This document shows, one piece after another, positions 6,859 through 11,522 of a DNA stretch of 11,522 bases. The stretch spans positions 1 through 11,522 of the forward strand of contig JBIOWP010000144.1 of assembly GCA_044868695.1 (NCBI GenBank). Reading direction: 5' to 3'. Origin of the DNA: a bacterium (lineage in GTDB: Bacteria > Sysuimicrobiota > Sysuimicrobiia > Sysuimicrobiales > Kaftiobacteriaceae). Each line of letters opens with the position of its first letter. Position 1 is the first letter of the stretch. Made by a program: the position numbers and the translations under genes. The notes beneath the pieces are model-generated. The model was not told the origin of the DNA, did not search any database, and saw only the letters and a list, made by a program, of their open reading frames with translations.

Positions 6859-8135
6859 TACTCCCTGGCCAGCTGAGTCAGCAGCGGCATGACGTCGACG
6901 CCAATCAACTGCCCGATCGCGCCGCGGGCTGCCTCCCGTTCGCCGAATGCCTTGGTGCCGTCGGGCGGAACACCCCCGCCGGAGATCAGCAGCGGAACGG
7001 GATCGGCGGAATGCCCCGCCACCGCGCAGGGGGTCGCGTGGTCGGCGGTCACGGCCACGATGGTGTCGTTAAGACGAATCTTGGGCAGTAGTTCGCCGAA
7101 GAAGGCCCGGTCGATGACCTCGATGACGTCTCGTTTGGCCTGCCAGTCCCCATCGTGCCCCGGCTCATCAGGACCCTTGAGGTGCAGGTACAGCCCGCCG
7201 TGGCGCGGGAGCTCGACGACCGCGCGTTCCGCCCACTGCCGGTACGCGCCCTCCCGGTCGCCGGCGCTGGGGGGCACCTCGATGATGGTCATCCCGAGCA
7301 GTTGTGAAATCCCTCGCTCCACCGGCATCTCGACAAAACAGCCGAACTCTACCCCGAACCGTTCCCGGATCGACGGCGCCTGCGGGAGATGATCGCCGGC
7401 ATCGCGCAGCAGAATGAGGTTGGCGGGCAGGTCGCCGCGCTCGCGCCTACGCCGGTTGGCCGGTTGCCCATCCAGCACCTCGCGGCTCTTGCGCATGAAC
7501 TCGTTCACCAGCTCCGCGGCCGTCCACGCCTCCGGGGTGTCGTCGAGCGGCTTGCATTCTTCCACCTCGGTGCCGGCATCGGCCTTCGCCACCCCGAGTC
7601 CTTCGATGCGCGCGTACGCCGGATCGGTGTTGGAAATCTTTGCGGACAGGCGGCCTTCTTTGGGATACAGCACCACCGCACAGCGGTGGCCGATGGACGC
7701 GCGTACCGCGACGCCCGCGGGCGCGGCGGTCAGGTGAACCTCGCGGTTCACCGCCTCGGCGAGCTCCTTCGCTTCGTCGGGACGGAGGTTGCGTCCCACC
7801 CGGCGGTCCACAATGGTCCAGCCGGTGCCGACGGTCGCGAAGTTCCCGCGCAGGGCGACGTCCCCTTCGTGAAACGGCAGCCCCGCCCCCAGCGCCTCCA
7901 GCGGCCCGCGGCCGGCGTGATAGCGCAGAGGGTCGTAGCCCAGAATGGCCATGACCGCCACGTCGGACTCCGGCGCGATGCCTTTGCCGACCGTGATCAC
8001 CGTTCCCTGGCGGCCCGCGGCTGCCAGGCGGTCGAGATGCGGCGTGTCGGCGGCCTCCAGCGGCGTGCGGTCGCCGAGTTCGCGCAGCGGGCGGTCGCCC
8101 AATCCGTCCAGGACCACGTATAGGATCCGCTTCAC
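6858..8135 (-). CDS. apgM: 2,3-BPG-independent phosphoglycerate mutase, archaeal/ApgM type (alkaline phosphatase superfamily), 425 aa
   Basis: LDGLGD, TPLEAADTP, P.SD phospho-Ser, GRGPLEALG, HLKGPDEPGHDG and TADHATPC..GHSADPVP. The start was reassigned to the GTG at 8135, which overlaps the dapF TGA (GTGA), instead of the ORF-track start at 8321. Confidence 0.85.
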   Translation of the reverse strand: MKRILYVVLDGLGDRPLRELGDRTPLEAADTPHLDRLAAAGRQGTVITVGKGIAPESDVAVMAILGYDPLRYHAGRGPLEALGAGLPFHEGDVALRGNFATVGTGWTIVDRRVGRNLRPDEAKELAEAVNREVHLTAAPAGVAVRASIGHRCAVVLYPKEGRLSAKISNTDPAYARIEGLGVAKADAGTEVEECKPLDDTPEAWTAAELVNEFMRKSREVLDGQPANRRRRERGDLPANLILLRDAGDHLPQAPSIRERFGVEFGCFVEMPVERGISQLLGMTIIEVPPSAGDREGAYRQWAERAVVELPRHGGLYLHLKGPDEPGHDGDWQAKRDVIEVIDRAFFGELLPKIRLNDTIVAVTADHATPCAVAGHSADPVPLLISGGGVPPDGTKAFGEREAARGAIGQLIGVDVMPLLTQLARE

Positions 8136-9001
8136 TCGCCGGCCTCTAGCAGCCCGACAAACCGTTTGCTCAGCCTGCCGGCATACACTTCGGTGGCAGG
8201 ACCGGTCATGCGGATCTCCCAATCGGCCGATACGGCGATCTCCAGGTCGCCGCCGTCCATCGCAACCGTGAGCGACCGGTCCACCAGCGCCTTGCGCACC
8301 GCCGCCGCCGCCACCGCGCACGCGCTGCTGCCGGAGGCAAGCGTCTCGCCGGCGCCGCGCTCCCAGATGCGCGCGGCGACCCGGGTGCGGGAGTGCACCT
8401 GGGCAAACTGTACGTTGGTCCGGTTGGGGAAGAGCGTGTGGCGTTCCAGCTGCGGGCCGAGCCGGTGCAGATCTACGCGGGCGAGATCGGGCACGAACAC
8501 CACGCAGTGCGGGTTCCCCACCGACACGGCGGTAATGGCCAGGCGCTGCCCGTTTACATCGATCGTCTCATCCACGACGTCCCGCGGCGGTCCCGCCACC
8601 GGAATCCGTTCGCTGCGAAACGTGGCCGGCCCCATTTCGACGGTGATGCGGTCCACCGACCGCCCGCGCAGGTGCAGCACGACTTCCACAACTCCGCCGG
8701 GTGTGTCCACGGTGAACCGGGTCTTGGTCGTCACACCGTGATCGTAGAGGTAGCGGGCAAAGATGCGCAGACCGTTGCCGCTCTTCTCCGCCTCGCTGCC
8801 GTCGGGGTTGTAGATGCGCAGGCCGAAGTCCGCCTTCTTGGACGGCGCCGCCGCCAGGATCCCGTCGGAGCCGACCCCCAGGTGCCGATCGCAGATCAGC
8901 CGGATCGAGCGCGCGGTGAGTGGAAACGACAGCGTCTTCGGATCAATGACGATGTAATCGTTCCCCAGCGCGTGCGACTTCACGAAACCATTGCGGTCCA
9001 T
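8132..9001 (-). CDS. dapF: Diaminopimelate epimerase family, Ser/Ser active-site variant, 289 aa
   Basis: FVKSHALGNDY, DRHLGVGSDG, NPDGSEAEKSGNG, VGNPH, FPNRTNV and WERGAGETLASGSS. Confidence 0.9.
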   Translation of the reverse strand: MDRNGFVKSHALGNDYIVIDPKTLSFPLTARSIRLICDRHLGVGSDGILAAAPSKKADFGLRIYNPDGSEAEKSGNGLRIFARYLYDHGVTTKTRFTVDTPGGVVEVVLHLRGRSVDRITVEMGPATFRSERIPVAGPPRDVVDETIDVNGQRLAITAVSVGNPHCVVFVPDLARVDLHRLGPQLERHTLFPNRTNVQFAQVHSRTRVAARIWERGAGETLASGSSACAVAAAAVRKALVDRSLTVAMDGGDLEIAVSADWEIRMTGPATEVYAGRLSKRFVGLLEAGE

Positions 9002-9010
9002 ACGCTGAGG

Positions 9011-10153
9011 TCATTTCGGTAGGTCGACAGTGCCTCCCTGTGGTCGACACTGCTGCCGCGACCGGCGGAGGGCACTCCGAACAATCCGCTCTAACAACTC
9101 GGGGAACTCAATACCTGCAGCTTTGGCTGCATCGGGCAGCAGGCTGGTGGGCGTCATGCCGGGGATGGTGTTGACCTCGAGCACCACGAGGTCCTTACCG
9201 CGGGCGATCATGTCCACACGCGACATGCCCTCGCACCCCAGCGCCTGGTGGGCCCGGAGCGCCAGCGCCTGCGCACGGGCGGCGACCTCCGGTGTCACGC
9301 GCGCGGGGATGATGTGATCGCTGCCGCCGGCGCCGTACTTCGCGCGGTAATCATAGAACTCAGCATGCGGGACGATCTCGATCAACGGCAGGGTGACCGG
9401 TTCGCCGGTGTCCGGGTCGTCGACCAGACCGCAAGTGATCTCGGTGCCGCGGACGTACTCTTCGATGAGCACGACCGGACCGTAGGCCGAGGCCGCCTCG
9501 ATCGCCGGATCCAGCCCGGCGCCGTCGTGAACCAACGACACGCCGATGCTGCTGCCGCCTGCATTGGGCTTCACGACGCAGGGAAACCCCAGGTGCTGCG
9601 CGACCTGCTGGTGGAGATGCGTCCGATCGCCCTCGCGGTCGGTGCGAACGCTGAGGTAGGCCGGGACCGGAATGCGATGCCACTCGAACAGCTGCCGGCT
9701 GCGCAGCTTGTCCATGCCCAGTGCGCTGGCCAGCACCCCGGAGCCGGTGTAGGCCACTCCCAGCAGTTCCAGCAGTCCCTGCACGGTCCCGTCTTCCCCA
9801 AACGGCCCGTGCATCGCGATAAACGCCACATCGACCTCGTCGCGCGCGACCGCTTGGTCGAAACTAACGAGAGCCGGGCTCCGGGCCCCGGGCTCCGGCG
9901 AACTGCCGGACTCCGGGCTCCGGGCTTCGAGCGTGCGATGTGAACGGGGCCCGGTGCCCGACGCCCGGTGCCCGTCCGGCAGCGGCCTCAGATCCGGGCG
10001 CGGCAGCCAGCGGCCCTCCGTCGTGATCTCGACGGGAAGCACGTCGTAGCGCTGCGGATCCAGCGCGGTAACGATCTGGCTGCCCGTCGCCAGCGAGACG
10101 TCGCGCTCCGGCGACGGTCCGCCCATGAGCACCGCCACGCGCACGCGCCTCAC
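9011..10153 (-). CDS. ddl: D-alanine--D-alanine ligase (ATP-grasp), 380 aa
   Basis: VAVLMGGPSPERDVSL, MHGPFGEDG, MDK, VVKP..GGSSIG, FYDYRAKY, SRVD and LEVNTIPGMTPTSLLP. The start was reassigned to the GTG at 10153, which overlaps the gntR TGA (GTGA), instead of the ORF-track start at 10465. Confidence 0.93.
   Translation of the reverse strand: MRRVRVAVLMGGPSPERDVSLATGSQIVTALDPQRYDVLPVEITTEGRWLPRPDLRPLPDGHRASGTGPRSHRTLEARSPESGSSPEPGARSPALVSFDQAVARDEVDVAFIAMHGPFGEDGTVQGLLELLGVAYTGSGVLASALGMDKLRSRQLFEWHRIPVPAYLSVRTDREGDRTHLHQQVAQHLGFPCVVKPNAGGSSIGVSLVHDGAGLDPAIEAASAYGPVVLIEEYVRGTEITCGLVDDPDTGEPVTLPLIEIVPHAEFYDYRAKYGAGGSDHIIPARVTPEVAARAQALALRAHQALGCEGMSRVDMIARGKDLVVLEVNTIPGMTPTSLLPDAAKAAGIEFPELLERIVRSALRRSRQQCRPQGGTVDLPK
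9875..9974. repeat. Two inverted arrays of 7-bp repeats inside ddl
   Basis: CGGGCTC-like units at 9875, 9882, 9889, 9907, 9914 and 9921; opposite-orientation nnGCCCG units at 9947, 9954, 9961 and 9968. Confidence 0.75.
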
Positions 10154-11148
10154 GCGGTTTTTTCCACCCGGCGGCGCGGGGTCGCCTCCCGGCGGGCCGG
10201 CCGCCAGGCCCTGATGCGGGCTTCCAGCAGCGATACGGCTCCTTCGCTCAACACGCTGGCAAACGGAATGACCCTCGCCTGCGCCGGGATCTTCCCGGCG
10301 AGCCGCTCGAGCACTTTCGGCGATGCCAGCACGACATCGGCGCGGCGCAGCATCTCTTGGAGGCGTCCTTCCTGGTGCAGCGTCGCGGTCATCAAGTTGG
10401 GCCGCTGGATCCCGACCGCGCGGATGGATCGCTCCTTGCTGCGGACGCCCTCCTTCGTTGCACACACCAGCGCGACCTTCGCCCGCTTCGGGAGCTGCGC
10501 GACCGCTTCGAGCGTGGCGAGTTCCGGCATCGCCATCAGCCCGACGACCTCATGCCGGGGCAGCCGGCGGCGCACCTCCTCTACATGAAACATCGTCGTC
10601 GCGACGAGATCGAGCGACGGTGCGATGCGGGGGAGGTCGGTCAGGAGCACCGGCACGAGCGGGACCCGGAGCTGGTTCGCCAGCTGCCGGGCGAAATAGG
10701 AGAGATCAGATGGATTGCATTCCACGAACCCGACCCGGGGGGTCTTCCCTCTCCCGAGGGCGGCGGAGCGCCCGACAATCAGCGCGTGCAGTTCGGCTTC
10801 TCCGACCCCGTGCGCGGCGGAGAGATCCAGCAGCCGGTCAATCGTCTCCGCGAGAGCTTCGCCGCCGCCGGATACGGGGAGGTCAGCGACGAACGTCCCC
10901 CGTCCCCGGGTGGTCACCAGCGAGCCGCCGCGTTCCAGCGCGGCATAGACCTTAGCCACGGTGTTGCGGTTGACCCGCAGGAAGCCGGCCAGCACCCGCA
11001 CGGGCGGCAGCCGCTCGCCGGCGCGCAGCCGGCCCCCGCGGATGAGGGCCAGCAGCTGCTCCGCGATCTGGTCGGCGATCGGCAGCGGCCCGTCGCGGCG
11101 GACCCGCAGCGGGAAGGGGTCAATTGTCCTAGCGCGAATAGGACACAT
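10150..11148 (-). CDS. GntR family transcriptional regulator (YtrA-like wHTH plus ~200-aa C-terminal alpha/beta domain), about 332 aa
   Basis: PIADQIAEQL...G.L.AGERLPPVRVLA..L.VNRNTVAKVY..LE..G......GRGTFV. The start was reassigned to the in-frame ATG at 11148 because the ORF-track TTG at 11184 is the -35 box. Confidence 0.9.
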   Translation of the reverse strand: MCPIRARTIDPFPLRVRRDGPLPIADQIAEQLLALIRGGRLRAGERLPPVRVLAGFLRVNRNTVAKVYAALERGGSLVTTRGRGTFVADLPVSGGGEALAETIDRLLDLSAAHGVGEAELHALIVGRSAALGRGKTPRVGFVECNPSDLSYFARQLANQLRVPLVPVLLTDLPRIAPSLDLVATTMFHVEEVRRRLPRHEVVGLMAMPELATLEAVAQLPKRAKVALVCATKEGVRSKERSIRAVGIQRPNLMTATLHQEGRLQEMLRRADVVLASPKVLERLAGKIPAQARVIPFASVLSEGAVSLLEARIRAWRPARREATPRRRVEKTA

Positions 11149-11155
11149 TAGGACA
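11125..11155. promoter_or_regulatory. Putative GntR (YtrA-type) operator
   Basis: Perfect palindrome TGTCCTA-N7-TAGGACA at 11125-11145, plus a third TAGGACA half-site at 11149-11155, overlapping the predicted TSS and start codon. Confidence 0.75.
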
Positions 11156-11184
11156 ATCCTACCAGCCCCGCCCGCCGCCGTCAA
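11156..11184 (-). promoter_or_regulatory. Sigma70-type promoter of the gntR-ddl-dapF-apgM operon
   Basis: TTGACG (11184-11179), 17-nt spacer ending in TGG (extended -10), then TAGGAT (11161-11156). Predicted TSS about 11149-11148. Confidence 0.78.
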
Positions 11185-11246
11185 GGCGCCCAGAAGCGCG
11201 GCGGGGGCCGGCGCCGGTGGAGAATACCTCTGTGGGAGGGACGCCC

Positions 11247-11522
11247 ATGCCCCAGAAGCAGGTGGAAATCATTCTCATGCGGCAGCTCGCCAGTTACCTC
11301 GCGCTGCCCGTCTTTGTCGTGGATCCCGGAGGAAGTCTTCTCTATTACAATGCGCCCGCGGAGGCGCTGCTGGGCCGCCAGTTTGACGAGGCCGGTGAAA
11401 TGCCCCTGGAAGAGTGGTCGACAATCTTTGCCCCGACAGATGAGCACGGCGCTCCACTGTCCCCCGAATCACTGCCGCTGGTGGTTGCCCTGCGGCAACG
11501 CCGGCCGGCCCACCGCCGGGTC
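11247..11522 (+). CDS. PAS domain-containing protein, 5' part (3'-truncated by window edge)
   Basis: Absent from the ORF track because there is no stop in the window. RBS GGGAGGG at 11234-11240, ATG at 11247. Reads MPQKQVEIILMRQLASYLALPVFVVDPGGSLLYYNAPAEALLG..., with the PAS signature PVFVVD..G.LLYYN.PAE.LLG. Confidence 0.8.
   Translation, partial: MPQKQVEIILMRQLASYLALPVFVVDPGGSLLYYNAPAEALLGRQFDEAGEMPLEEWSTIFAPTDEHGAPLSPESLPLVVALRQRRPAHRRV

Noticed and set aside
8136..8321. N-terminal extension of the apgM ORF (487-aa version)
   Set aside because: It overlaps dapF in another frame and is low complexity; family similarity starts at VKRILYVVLDG, where a GTGA coupling exists.
9011..10153. Van-type D-Ala-D-Lac or D-Ala-D-Ser resistance ligase
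   Set aside because: The omega loop is FYDYRAKY with Tyr, other active-site residues are canonical for D-Ala-D-Ala ligases, and there are no vanH/X/R/S genes in the window.
10154..10465. N-terminal extension of the ddl ORF (484-aa version)
   Set aside because: It overlaps the gntR 3' end; Ddl similarity starts at RVAVLMGG, right after the GTGA overlap.
11149..11184. TTG start of gntR at 11184
   Set aside because: The TTG is the -35 hexamer of the predicted promoter, lies upstream of the predicted TSS and has no RBS.
11195..11230. Promoter for the divergent PAS gene (GAGAAT at 11220-11225)
   Set aside because: Only a partial -10 match with no convincing -35 or extended -10, so it is not supportable.

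Overview
GC-rich bacterial window with no mobile element, CRISPR array, rRNA or tRNA. A run of nine minus-strand genes lies between two partial plus-strand genes: the 3' end of an M23 peptidase on the left and the 5' end of a PAS-domain protein on the right. In transcription order the run is: GntR regulator (probably leaderless, YtrA-type operator over its start) > ddl > dapF with both catalytic Cys replaced by Ser > apgM-type phosphoglycerate mutase > TylM1/DesVI-like N-methyltransferase > secreted NamZ-like muramidase > DinB-family protein > heterodimeric ABC exporter pair. The most striking unannotated structure is the 245-bp region upstream of the ABC pair. It holds a near-consensus sigma70 promoter, a 19-codon leader ORF with a sequestered RBS, and six copies of a CACGG(G)/CCCGTG module that form mutually exclusive 1:2, 2:3 and 3:4(terminator) hairpins, which suggests a ribosome-sensing transcription attenuator. 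Other notable points are a perfect CRP-type box at class II spacing before the DinB gene and an in-frame inverted heptamer-repeat element inside ddl. All family assignments come from motif recognition; no database search was run.
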